Below, one piece after another: positions 28,107 through 40,386 of a stretch of DNA of 64,000 nucleotides. The stretch is from positions 109,926,001-109,990,000 of the forward strand of contig NC_043001.1 in assembly GCF_006345805.1 (NCBI RefSeq), written 5' to 3'. The notes beneath the pieces are model-generated. The model searched no databases and was not told the origin of the DNA. It saw only the letters and a list, made by a program, of their open reading frames with translations. Numbering within the stretch: position 1 is the stretch's first letter; every line of letters starts with the position of its first letter. Source of the DNA: Octopus sinensis. Lineage: Eukaryota. The translations under genes and the position numbers were made by a program.

Positions 28107-28623
28107 TTGGGTTGTCCGGAATGTTGGTTTACATTTATAGTCGCTTACCTTTCGACTTATTTTAGAACATAGTTGAGCCCATAAAATAGGATTTGACTAC
28201 ACCTCCATTTAGAACACAGTTTAAGCTATCTTTTCGTGGAAGAAGATTTATGTTCCGATAACCTGTGTTAATTCTGTAATCCTTTAAAATGGAAGATAAG
28301 AAAGTTCCTTTTCGGCACTTGATGCTTTGGGAATCAGACAAAAATTGCTGTAGCTCGGCTGGGATGTGTTACCCCACCCTCCATATTCACCAGATATCGC
28401 TCCTTCGGATTTCCCCTTATTCAGGCCTCTGCACAATAGTCTAAATGGTAAAAATTTCAATTACTTGGATGACATACTTGGAAGAGGGTATTTTCAAGTT
28501 AAAGGAAAGATGAAGACGCATTGTGCAACAAAATGGTTCATATTTGGTTGATTAAAATGTAATGGCAAGTATTTATTGACCCTTTTCTTTTAAAAATCGG
28601 TGCAAACTTTCCGGGCAACTCAA
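28107..28623 (+). mobile_element. Internally deleted mariner element with TIRs and TA TSD
   Basis: TA|TTGGGTTGTCCGGAA ... TTCCGGGCAACTCAA|TA; ORF 28366-28551 encodes LPHPPYSPDIAPSDFPLFRPLHNSLNGKNF, the mariner HPPYSPDLAPSDF motif. Confidence 0.88.
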
Positions 28624-30802
28624 TACTTTTGCTTTGAGGAGCACTGCATGAGATAGAGGCAAATCTTGTTCCACAGCCTCAGTTGGTTTTGACGAACATT
28701 TAAAAAGAGCATCGCCAATATTTGCTATTATAGCGAGTTGAAAATCTTCGACGAAGCTAAAATCTCTACCTCTTAACTAGAAACAAACCAATCAAGAAAA
28801 GTTTAAAATCTACGTACAACACAAAATAGCAAAAACTCCAACGAGATCAGCTTATCAATGTAAGATGGTTTCTCAAAAACCAAAAGACAAAAAAGAAAGA
28901 TATCATTAACAATAGAGGCGAATAGTATGTGTGGCTTCCAATTACATTGATCATGTTCATAATCAACATCAAAGCACATGCAGCATCGTCATAACACTGC
29001 TGCATCATTTATTAACTATTTCTATGTTTCACTTGCACGTGACCCGAGTAGTTCTGACAAGCCACAAACAAAAACTAAATAAATAAAATTTCTATGGTTG
29101 TTTTGCTGATGAATTCGTTTCGTCTAGCTTTCAAAGTATATTGATTCTACGTTATATTTTTCATTCTAACAAAGTAAAATATAAAGGGACTGCACCTTCT
29201 TTATGTAGGGGAGACCAAGTCAAGTTGTTACATTTTTCATTTTTTTTTTTGCGTTGGCACCCATATAAATGAAGACAGCTGAAGTTTCTTTTCAGATTTA
29301 ATTAGTAAAACATGTCTATGTATTGTTATCACCAGGAAAAAAAAACCAGAAATTGCATAACATTAATTAGAGAGGTTCTAATGAATGAGGTGGTGTCAGC
29401 TGTAACAATTTTCTCCGAGTGTGGGGTACGTTATGACACTTACTGGGGTACTTTGTTGCAAATGTCGAAAACTCGGAATTATGTTAACAAACAAGTTTAA
29501 AATGAATACGTCTCCTGCTTCTTCCATCTAGGAAATATTATTTTAATTAATTGACTGTGCTTTGAAGCACCTCATATCCTAATTGTATTACTGAGAGTCC
29601 TCATCAGCCATTTCCCCCATTGTTACATGTGTCATCTAGTCGGAATTGTTTTCCATTAACTTCTCACCACACAGATCACACAGAAAGTCCTGTCGTCCAT
29701 CGGTACAGTCAATGTGTGCCCAGTCTTTACAGATCATCCATTGCACCCATTCTTCGCCTGGAAGGGAGTTGGAATACTAATCTAAGCGGACAAGTCATTT
29801 CCATTCGGCGATTTGCTTGCTTTATTATTAGTTATATTATATATTGATAGGAGACACTGTAAATGTGATCAAAGATTTTAGACTTGAATGCGTCATAACA
29901 TATGAAGGAAATCGTACAGAAAATTTGTAATTAACGTCGACGTTCCGAGAAGTTAATAACTGGATAAAGTCATCATCACATGCATTATTGTAGGTGTCCA
30001 TCTGACTGGATTTCATCGAGGCAACTTTCCTTTTTAAGCAAGAATCCATTACTTCACATGTGACTATACAGTGCCTGCATTTGTAACCATATGCACATCA
30101 AGGATTATGATGCTTTATGAGGGCTGCAGTTTCCTCTGAATAGATTCTAGTATCGATGTGCATAAAGAAAATATTGACTCCAAAGCTTTTAGTCTGAAAG
30201 GAAAGAAAATCTTCTATTAATAGTAACTCATTAATAACATTGACAAACTTAAACTAGCAACTGGATTTGCATATAAAGTTCTATGCATTGTGCGCGAGAA
30301 TATAATTATCATTTTATAAGCATACAATAAACATACAATAAACACTATAAGCATACAATAAACACACAAAAATTTGGAAAAAATACAAAGCAAAAAGATA
30401 ATGATAAAGTAATCGTCATTTCAAATTGTCAGACGCATATTTATTAAGTACTTACAGTTTGTTTATCAGAATTGACATCAACCATTTTTAATGGTATCTC
30501 AAATATTTAATATCATCAACAATGAAAGAAGAAGTGATATTTTAGTTCAACAAGCCGTCAAAGCATACGAACAGATTTCCTGCATTTTTCAATAGAGTAA
30601 TGTTTTGAGGAAGAATATGTAATCCCGTGTTCACAAATTACTTCGAATGTAATTTGTGGACAAATTGCATGTAGTAGGCCTGCAGAGAAAAGAGAGAGAG
30701 AGAGAGAGAGAGTGTGTGTGTGAGAGGGACAATTAGAAATAAACTGAAGAGAGATAGATAAATTGATGGACCTACACACGCAGTCACATGCATATATTTA
30801 TA

Positions 30803-30870
30803 CCAGCAGAAATACCCGGCGCTGCCCGGGTTAAAGAGAATAATGAAATTTAAAAACGCCGTCTAGATTC
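30803..30870 (-). mobile_element. Helitron-like 3' end fragment
   Basis: CCAGCAGAAATACCCGGCGCTGCCCGGG is a GC hairpin next to a CTRR-like end, similar to the ends at 45814 and 47067. Confidence 0.45.
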
Positions 30871-31062
30871 CGCAGGTCTCAACTGCTAGTAGTTGAGATA
30901 CCAACTTTCTACATTAATAAGTCCGACCCATGCCAGCGTGGAACAAAGACGTTAAGTGAAATGTTAAAAGAAAGTTTTCAACTCATGTATGTATATAAAG
31001 TAAAAACACGTAATTCAAAAACGTTTTGTGTAGCTTATTTCGTAACCAAATAACAGGTACAG

Positions 31063-31093
<31 letters not shown>

Positions 31094-31455
31094 TGTATGT
31101 ATGTATGTATGTATGTATGTATGTATGTATGTGCTGCTTGAAAGCACACTGCTGGCTGGTGTAGTGAGTGGGGACAGCTTGGTCTGCAAGGTTTGCAGTA
31201 GTGTATGCTTGTCAAGGGCAGGGCTCGTTAGTCTCCAACGGAGCCGCAAATGCAAAATATAAGTTAGTCCTGGAGCGCACAATGTACATGAAGGTCAGCA
31301 ATAATGGTTTTCCTCGGTCACGAGTGGACGGCCATCATCATGTATACATGTATGTATGTATGTATGTATGTATGTATGTATGTATGTATGTATGTATGTA
31401 TGTATGTATGTATGTATGTATCTATCTATCTATCTATCTATCTATATATATATAT

Positions 31456-31688
31456 ATATTTCTTTACTACCCACAAGGGGCTAAACACAGAGGGGACAAA
31501 CAAGGACAGACAAACGGATTAAGTCGATTATATCGACTCCAGTGCGTAACTGGTACTTAATTCATCGACCCCGAAAGGATGAAAGGCAAAGTCGACCTCG
31601 GCGGAATTTGAGCTTGGAACGTAACGACAGACGAAATACGGCTACGCATTTCGCCCGGCGTGCTAACGTCTCAGCCAGCTCGCCGCCC
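31456..31688 (-). mobile_element. Family B SINE
   Basis: Reverse complement of 16361-16594. Confidence 0.88.
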
Positions 31689-31932
31689 TATCTATCTATA
31701 TATGTCTGTCTATCTACACTCACACATGCACACACATATATTCGCATGCATACATACATGGGGTTCATTATGCGTATATTCGGTTTGTAAGTTTTTCCTC
31801 TGCTCAATCGTGATGATGTGTTTATGCTGCTTCCATGTATTGCCCCCAACAAAGCAATTCATCAAATAAAGAACGATAAATCAAGTAACCGTCCTGGAAT
31901 CAACCTCTCTACCTAAATTCTTGAAGCTGTTA

Positions 31933-32312
31933 GGAGGCGCAATGACCCAGTGGTTAGGGCAGCGGATTCGCGGTCGTAGGATCGCGGTTTCGATTCCCAG
32001 ACCGGGCGCTGTGAGTGTTTATTGAGCGAAAACACCTAAAAACTCCACGAGGCTCCGGCAGGGGATGGTGGTGATCCCTGCTGTACTCTTTCACCACAAC
32101 TTTCTCTCACTCTTACTTCCTGTTTCTGTTGTACCTGTATTTCAAAGGTCCGGCCTTGTCACTCTCTGTGTCACGCTGAATATCCCCGAGAACTACGTTA
32201 AGGGTACACGTGTCTGTGGAGTGCTCAGCCACTTACACGTTAATTTCACGAGCAGGCTGTTCCGTTGATCGGATCAACCGGAACCCTCGTCGTCGTAACC
32301 GAAGGAGTGCTT
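31933..32312 (+). mobile_element. Family C SINE, full length
   Basis: GGAGGCGCAATGACCCAGTGGTTAGGGCAGCGG head, GGTTTCGATTCCC B box, complete tail. Confidence 0.88.
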
Positions 32313-33239
32313 CCTTCCTTCTTCTAAAGCTGTTAACCCATCATATGTGCAGTCCAATAACGAGTTGCAGTAGAATGTATTAGGGAGGTTTACTTTGTTT
32401 ATCCCAATGCTGAACTTACAAAGAACAGGTTCCTTCCTCATAACTTGTCATCTGGTTTCATTAGGTTATGTCCCTTTCCTTTACTTTACTTTTACCGTAC
32501 AAAATAAATATAACATTTTAATTTAGGGTTGCTGTTTCACTCAATCTCCTTATGGAGTATTGAAAACCAGTTTAAATTATATTTTATTCAGTAATTATTA
32601 ACCAATGAAAAATCAACATATTAACACGTTCCTAACGCAAGGAATTTGTAATCGTGCTATCATCGATAACTAATTCCTAACACTACAAAATTATTTCCTT
32701 ACACATATGCCCTGCTGCAGAAAGTTCTGTATCTGTGGACACATGGAAAAAGATGCAGAATTTAGGGCAATTCTTCAGTTGACCTGGATATGAGAAAATA
32801 TCGAAATATATTAATTTCCTGGACGTGACTTTTAGGAAGGTTATAGACGAAACAATATCAGCATTTCGCTTCTCCTAAAAAGATGTAAACGCGTGTGCCA
32901 TGTTTAAAAATCGATATCTATGAAAAATGTATATTGTGTTAATATAGGAAGCCGTAAATGTCAGCAGAAAATATACTACATCTAATTTAAATATAATTGC
33001 AACGCAGCAATTTCTGATTGTTGAATTCAGTTAATTTAGAACAATATATCTAATAGAATGGAAGTAGGACGGCGATAAGGCAATCGGTCAAATGGTTCTC
33101 AGAATTATGAAAGTATGGATATTTAAGAATAATTCTGCTTACTAATTCTGATGTGAGAAACTTATTTTTAAAAAAATATTCATAGGTGCAGGTATGGCTC
33201 TACGGATACGAGGCTCGTTTCGTGAACACATCTATTCCA

Positions 33240-33522
33240 TTATTTACGTTATTTACATTTGACGGATATTTGTCCTCATATTGTTTGTTATTAACACAAC
33301 GTTTCGGCTGATATAATATACCCTCCAGCGTTCATCTGGTGTCTTGGGGGAAATTTCGAACCTGGGATCTCATTCCTGAGGTATTTTTCGCTGTTATTAT
33401 TATTATTATTATCATTATTATTATTATTATTATTATTATATTATTATTATTATTATTATTATTATTAGTATATTATTATTATTGTTTTATTATTATTATT
33501 ATTATATTATTATTATATTATA

Positions 33523-33555
<33 letters not shown>

Positions 33556-33837
33556 GTTTTATTATTATTATTATTATTATATTATTATTATTATTATTGA
33601 AGTCAATGCCTGGAATTGAACATGGAATCTAGGGATACTAACTCCAAGATTTACCACAACGTCTAAAAAGCAAGAGTTTTACAGTTCTATCTTTAAGAGA
33701 TGAGGAATTATGTACATCATTTATATTATTTACATTTGGTGAATACTTGTCCACATCTTAACCACTACGCCATATGCACACGGGCATATGGCGTAGGGGA
33801 TAAGAGCGCGGACTAACAACCCCAAGATTCTGAGCTC

Positions 33838-33905
<68 letters not shown>

Positions 33906-34088
33906 CAACAACAACATTGAAAAATACCATAGGAATGAGAACCCAGGTTCGAAATTTCCCCAAGACACCTGATGAAGGCTGGAGGGTATACAGTCGAATC
34001 GTTGTGTTAACAACAAACAGGATGAGGACAAATATCGACAAATGTAAATAATGTACATAATTCCTCATCTCTTAAATATAGAACTGTA
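33240..34088. mobile_element. Inverted pair of tRNA-head/(AAT)n/hammerhead elements
   Basis: Minus copy ~33240-33640 (B-box remnant GTTCAATTCCAGG, HHR remnant 33293-33343). Inverted tail and head stub 33654-33784. Plus copy with head ATGGCGTAG...TAAGAGCGCGG at 33787 and HHR remnant 33964-34008. Confidence 0.8.
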
Positions 34089-34663
34089 AGCACATTCATT
34101 TCAATTGAATCCCACTTTTAGATACGCGCCCTTGACAACACCCCGAGCCGACCGAGTGGTTTGTGATTGGCTGTGGCAGACAGAAAGTGGAAAGAATTCC
34201 GTAATAGTTCAAGTATATGTATAAAGAATGAAAAATAAAAACTTTTACCTTGTTATTTTTTCACGGTTATACCTAGGTTTCAGATTTCTCCATCAAAAAA
34301 AAAAAAAAATTTGCTAGGCGAATCCTTATCTGTAACGGTACCATAACGACTAACATATAATTTATAGTCAAATAACACGTATCTCATCATTATAAGTTAT
34401 AATTTTACAAAATTCACCGCGCATGTGCAGTTTCAGTCGGCAGTAAATGAAAGATGCCGAAGCGATCTTCGAAATGCTAAAATCATATTCGTAAAATATA
34501 TATAGGGTGGGGAATATTTTTAGAAATTTCACCACTAGTGGCTTGGCATGTATAAAAGTCAATAGACAACATAATCTCAATATAAAATAGTGTACATTTA
34601 AACACAAGAGAAAACTATCTTTAACAGGTAATTTTTACACGCTAGAAGAAGCAGCGAAAACTG

Positions 34664-34695
<32 letters not shown>

Positions 34696-34796
34696 CACCG
34701 TCACCGTGACCGACCAGATATTGCTACACATCGCTGGTCACAATGCGCTTCTCATTGTTTTAGGCCAAGCGAGCAGGCCAACAGAAGAAAGAGTGG

Positions 34797-34948
34797 GAGG
34801 AGGTTTTGGCGAAATAGTACAGCAGGATTCGCCACCAGCCCCTGCCGGAGGCTCGTGGAGCATTAGGTGTTTTCGCTCAATAAACACTCACAACGCCCGG
34901 TCTGGAAATCGAAACCGCGATCCTACGACCTAACCACTTGCGCCTCCA
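34797..34948 (-). mobile_element. Family C SINE, 5' portion
   Basis: GAGCATTAGGTGTTTTCGCTCAATAAACACTCACAACGCCCGGTCTGGAAATCGAAACCGCG is the reverse complement of the family C head. Confidence 0.8.
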
Positions 34949-34951
34949 CAA

Positions 34952-34982
<31 letters not shown>

Positions 34983-35093
34983 GATATATACATATATATA
35001 TATATATGTATATATTTATATATTTATATATGTATATATTTATATATTTATATTATATATATATATATGTATATATATATATGTATATATATA

Positions 35094-35163
<70 letters not shown>

Positions 35164-36256
35164 TATGTATATATATTATATATATATTTATATTATATAT
35201 ATATATATACTGATGTTTAATTTTATGTGCACTCCTCTACCTAGCTGTTCGGCAAAATGTTTCGACTGAATAAATTACAAAACTTTAAAAAAAAGACTCT
35301 AGTCACCACTACCGAATTCTTTGTCTAAACCCTTTTGGTTGGTGCCTCAGCCTGGCTACAGTCATATGAATGAAACTAGTGAAACGATACAAGAACGCAA
35401 TAGCGAATATACACTTTATATTTTCATTTTAAAACAATCACCCTGAATCGAATTTTTTCGGAGAATAATAATTCATGCTGAGTATTATCGTTAGAGCAAA
35501 TAACTTCATTAAGACATGGTATTGATCATATCAAACAACGGATTTAAGAATAATATTTTTGATCATAATACTTGTTACCAAAGTAATTAGTGTAAAAATC
35601 TAATATTCCAAACCAAGACCGACATTTTAAATTAGTAATTAGACAAGCCAAATTTTAGAATTAAAAATCTCTTGCCTGATTAAACAGTGAAAATTAATAA
35701 CTGTCGACTATAATATCAAATTATTAGCTAAAACATTTAGTAAGGTGAGGCTGGTTGACATCTATTTCTCTCATCATGGATACATAAATATTGGCTATTA
35801 TTCGCCTACATACATGTACACAAACACACGCCAAGATTTTGTCTCATTTATGGACACACACATACACACATGCAGGCAAACATACACGCACAGACATACA
35901 CACACAGGCATGCTCATACACAGACTCGCGCGTACCAACACATTTCTTAAACGAGGAACAATTGAAGTGTCGTACAAACTTTAAATTAAGAACCAACAGT
36001 TTCTGTGGACTGCCTATAGAAAACGAAAGTAAACTGATTAATGAAAGCTGTGAAAGAGGGAAGACCTATTGTGTTAACATGAATATCGTGCATTTAAAAC
36101 CCACATCCTTTTTAGCAGGCTCATCTTGTAAGAAGCATCGCTTCCATAACTTCCCAAACGTTCTGCTTTTATCCTCATTCATGCACATAAAATAACAATC
36201 TTGATACGCTCAACACTATGCCAATATAAGTAACTAAGTTTATTTACTTATGCGGT

Positions 36257-36461
36257 ACCACAACGTCTTAATAGTAAATCTTTTACAGTTCTATATTTAT
36301 GAGATGAGGAATTATGTACCTTATTTATATTATTTACTTTTGATGGACATTTGTCCACATCTTAACCGCTACGGCGTATGCTCTTAACCACTATGGCAAA
36401 GTGGTTAAGAGCGCGGACTACCGACCCCAAGATTCCGACTTCGATTCTAAGCAGTAACCTG
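36257..36461. mobile_element. Second copy of the inverted-tail + tRNA-head junction seen at 33654-33840
   Basis: ACCACAACGTCT...TTTTACAGTTCTAT...GATGAGGAATTATGTAC...GTCCACATCTTAACC, then ATGGCAAAGTGGTTAAGAGCGCGGACTAC...GACTTCGATTCT followed by (CTA)n/(AAT)n. Confidence 0.75.
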
Positions 36462-36480
36462 AATACTACTACTACTACTG

Positions 36481-36538
<58 letters not shown>

Positions 36539-36539
36539 A

Positions 36540-36573
<34 letters not shown>

Positions 36574-36575
36574 AC

Positions 36576-36608
<33 letters not shown>

Positions 36609-36648
36609 GATAATAATAATAATAATAATAATAATGATGATAATAATG

Positions 36649-36679
<31 letters not shown>

Positions 36680-36690
36680 TGATAATAATG

Positions 36691-36736
<46 letters not shown>

Positions 36737-36744
36737 TGATAATG

Positions 36745-36778
<34 letters not shown>

Positions 36779-36795
36779 TGATAATGATGATGATA

Positions 36796-36835
<40 letters not shown>

Positions 36836-36923
36836 TGATAATAATGATAATAATAATAATAATAATAATGATGATAATGATAATAATAATAATAATAATG
36901 ATGATAATAATAATAATAATAAT

Positions 36924-37470
36924 GACCTGATGCAGTACCAGGCAGTGACTCTCATGGCTTATGATCTTAACTGATTTGAAGTGCTATCATGTACATTGTT
37001 TTGTCTTGGTATAAAAGATGGGCTACAGCAAATATTCTGCTCAATACCACAAATTTGCTTGTCAGTTGTTTGACCTTAACCAGTTGATTATGTCCCTTAG
37101 TGGCTGACGATATGTACATCTCTGATCACGAGCATAAGTAGTGGGGGGGGGGCATCATAGCCATGTGTTGAGACGGATTCTTTGGGGTTTGAATAATTCA
37201 CCTCTGGAAACATGGGTGTTTCTTTCAACATCCTTAAACAACCCTTATTCAGGGACAGTTTGAGCAGGATGGGCTATTCAGCCTGAAGATAACTCTAACT
37301 GGGCCCCACCTGCAAGGTCATGCGCTGTTCGTCTTGATATGAGATCCCCATGTCGCGCATATATGGTTGTGATGCACTACCCTTAGCAAACGGGTAGTCA
37401 TGATGGGTATACAGGGATTCGTATATTTTACTCCAATGTCACTTTGATGGCATGCACTGCTCTCTCACTC
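36924..37470 (-). mobile_element. Family E retroposon
   Basis: Homologous to 6522-7077. Confidence 0.75.
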
Positions 37471-37530
<60 letters not shown>

Positions 37531-37610
37531 AACAATAATGAAAATGATAATGGTAATAATAATGATAGTGATAATAATAATAATAATAATAATGATAAAG
37601 GTAATAATAA

Positions 37611-37645
<35 letters not shown>

Positions 37646-37677
37646 CAACAACAACAACAACAACAACAATGATAATA

Positions 37678-37717
<40 letters not shown>

Positions 37718-38414
37718 TAATAAAACTTTTAATATGTTAAATGATAGTACCGTGAATGATAGTGTGTGACAGATATTTACTTAATAATAATCGCAATAAA
37801 AAAGGTTAATAGTAATCATGCAATGTTTTAAAAGGGATCAGATACAAACGTTTTGACACGTTGATAAACGGTGTTTACAAAATGGGGGCAGTATATTATT
37901 GCAAAGCGAGGCTGTTAATGATACGCTAAATGATAGAAAGTAAGCTGTAATCTCCTTTGTTTACATATTGTTAGTGAATATTAATCTACATGAAATGAAA
38001 TTACGTGTGTTAATTTTCCGTCCGACGTCAGTGAGTATTTTGTTCTGTAGTTGATCGTTGCTGAGATAATATTTCATATACTGAAGCTCATAGAAAAAAA
38101 AAACAAAAAAGCAATTGCATCATTTCACGATTCAGGCTGATATGGCAGATATCCTTTTTCTACAAGCCTCTATTAAAAAAAAAAAAAAAAAAAAAGCATT
38201 GCTCGTTGTAATTTGTATTGCTTTCACTTGGGCTATCAATCACATTGCCGGAAGTGCATTAAGACTCTTCTGATTGAGTGTTTCTATCTATTTTGGATAA
38301 TTCTACTATAAAATATGAGCGTTAAATAGCCGAACCGATAATGTAATAGACTAGCGGTTGACATGCCGATTGTTCGTAAATTGCCAACATATATATACGG
38401 ATATGCACATATAT

Positions 38415-38473
<59 letters not shown>

Positions 38474-38661
38474 ATATATATAATATATATAAAAATAATA
38501 GTTATCGCCATACTAATATGGCATTCTTATAAAAATAAGAAAAAAGCTGTCCGCTTATTAGCTCATGAGGCCATCGCCTTAAGTTAGCTATTTGATACAC
38601 AAACTGTATCCATATAACCTTCGAACAAGGGAGGTCAGTCGCTCCACACACTTGACCGGCA

Positions 38662-38703
38662 GCTACAGACGCGTTTCGGAGTATTGCCCCTTTTCAATGC
38701 AGC
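38662..38703 (-). ncRNA. Type I hammerhead ribozyme, U3-A8 variant
   Basis: Reverse complement: GCTGCA-TTGAAAA-GGGG(CAATA)CTCC-GAAA-CGC-GTC-TGTAGC; all elements intact. Confidence 0.75.
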
Positions 38704-38999
38704 GTAGCCAGCCAGTAGGGGTCGCTTCCGACAATCTCTGTTCGATGGTTTTATTTACCTACTTTCGGTGGAAACATCCACTTGTTTTCAATAATAGAAA
38801 TATTAAAATAACTAAGTCTCTCTAAAAGAGAACAGCGGCAGCGTTCCCGGAAAATAATAGTTATCGCCATACTAATATGGCATCTTATAAAAAAAGAAAA
38901 AGCTGTCCGCTTATTAGCTCCATGAGGCCATCGCCTTAAGTTAGGTAAATAAAACCATCGAACAGAGATTGTCGGAAGCGACACCTACTGGCTGGCTAC

Positions 39000-39041
39000 G
39001 CTGCATTGAAAAGGGGCAATACTCCGAAACGCGTCTGTAGC
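39000..39041 (+). ncRNA. Type I hammerhead ribozyme, U3-A8 variant
   Basis: Stem I GCTGCA/TGTAGC, core TTGAAAA, stem II GGGG/CTCC with CAATA loop, GAAA, palindromic stem III ACGCGT, GUC triplet (predicted cut after 39035). Confidence 0.78.
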
Positions 39042-39358
39042 TGCCGGTCAAGTAGTGTGGAGCGACTGACCTCCCTTGTTCGAAGTTATATGGATACAGT
39101 TTGTGTATCAAATAGCTAACTTAAGGCGATGGCCTCATGGAGCTAATAAGCGGACAGCTTTTTTCTTATTTTATAAGAATGCCATATTAGTATGGCGATA
39201 ACTATTATTTTCGGGAACGCTGCCGCTGTTCTCTTTTAGAGAGACTTAGTTATTTTAATATTTCTATTATTGAAAACAAGTGGATGTATTCCACCGAAAG
39301 TAGGTAAATAAAACCATCGAACAGAGATTGTCGGAAGCGACACCTACTGGCTGGCTAC

Positions 39359-39398
39359 GCTGCATTGAAAAGGGGCAATACTCCGAACGCGTTGTAGC
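39359..39398 (+). ncRNA. Hammerhead copy with two 1-nt deletions
   Basis: ...CTCC-GAA-CGC-GT-TGTAGC, missing one A and the C17. May be sequencing error, since the array has scattered single-base deletions. Confidence 0.5.
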
Positions 39399-39713
39399 TG
39401 CCGGTCAAGTAGTGTGGAGCGACTGACCTCCCTTGTTCGAAGGTTATATGGATACAGTTTGTGTATCAAATAGCTAACTTAAGGCGATGGCCTCATGGAG
39501 CTAATAAGCGGACAGCTTTTTTCTTATTTTTATAAGAATGCCATATTAGTATGGCGATATTATTTTCCGGGAACGCTGCCGCTGTTCTCTTTTAGAGAGA
39601 CTTAGTATTTTAATATTTCTATTATTGAAAACAAGTGGATGTATTCCACCGAAAGTAGGTAAATAAAACCATCGAACAGAGATTGTCGGAAGCGACACCT
39701 ACTGGCTGGCTAC

Positions 39714-39754
39714 GCTGCATGAAAAGGGGCAATACTCCGAAACGCGTCTGTAGC
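39714..39754 (+). ncRNA. Hammerhead copy with a 1-nt core deletion
   Basis: GCTGCA-TGAAAA-GGGGCAATACTCC-GAAACGCGTC-TGTAGC (one T missing). Confidence 0.5.
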
Positions 39755-40070
39755 TGCCGGTCAGTAGTGTGGAGCGACTGACCTCCCTTGTTCGAAGGTT
39801 ATATGGATACAGTTTGTGTATCAAATAGCTAACTTAAGGCGATGGCCTCATGGAGCTAATAAGCGGACAGCTTTTTTCTTATTTTTATAAGAATGCCATA
39901 TTAGTATGGCGATAACTATTATTTTCCGGGAACGCTGCCGCTGTTCTCTTTTAGAGAGACTTAGTTATTTTAATTTCTATTATGAAAACAAGTGGATGTA
40001 TTCCACCGAAAGTAGGTAAATAAAACCATCGAACAGAGATTGTCGGAAGCGACACCTACTGGCTGGCTAC

Positions 40071-40111
40071 GCTGCATTGAAAAGGGGCAATACCCGAAAC
40101 GCGTCTGTAGC
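40071..40111 (+). ncRNA. Type I hammerhead ribozyme, U3-A8 variant
   Basis: GCTGCA-TTGAAAA-GGG(GCAATA)CCC-GAAA-CGCGTC-TGTAGC. Confidence 0.7.
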
Positions 40112-40335
40112 TGCCGGTCAAGTAGTGTGGAGCGACTGACCTCCCTTGTTCGAAGGTATATGGATACAGTTTGTGTATCAAATAGCTAACTTAAGGCGAT
40201 GGCCTCATGGAGCTAATAAGCGGACAGCTTTTTTCTTATTTTTATAAGAATGCCATATTAGTATGGCGATAACTATTATTTTCGGGAACGCTGCCGCTGT
40301 TCTCTTTTAGAGAGACTTAGTTATTTTAATATTTC

Positions 40336-40384
<49 letters not shown>

Positions 40385-40386
<2 letters not shown>

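Larger units (their letters stand above)
38491..40340. repeat. Tandem array of ~360-bp hammerhead-containing units with an internal inversion (retrozyme/Penelope pLTR-like)
   Basis: About 1.25 units in one orientation (38491-38943), then about 3.9 units in the opposite orientation starting at GGTAAATAAAACC 38944, 39303, 39658, 40015 (periods 359, 355, 357). Confidence 0.92.

Noticed and set aside
29837-30075. 70-aa minus ORF (MDSCLKRK...) as an exon
   Set aside because: Protein-like but unassignable; competing frames on the plus strand are equally plausible.
33785-33840. tRNA gene
   Set aside because: Only a tRNA-derived head with degenerate boxes and no complete cloverleaf; the same applies to all SINE heads in the window.
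38491-40340. Array as a CRISPR or as a 5S/tRNA/snRNA gene cluster
   Set aside because: Units are near-identical over their whole ~360 bp with no unique spacers, and there are no recognisable 5S, tRNA or snRNA motifs.
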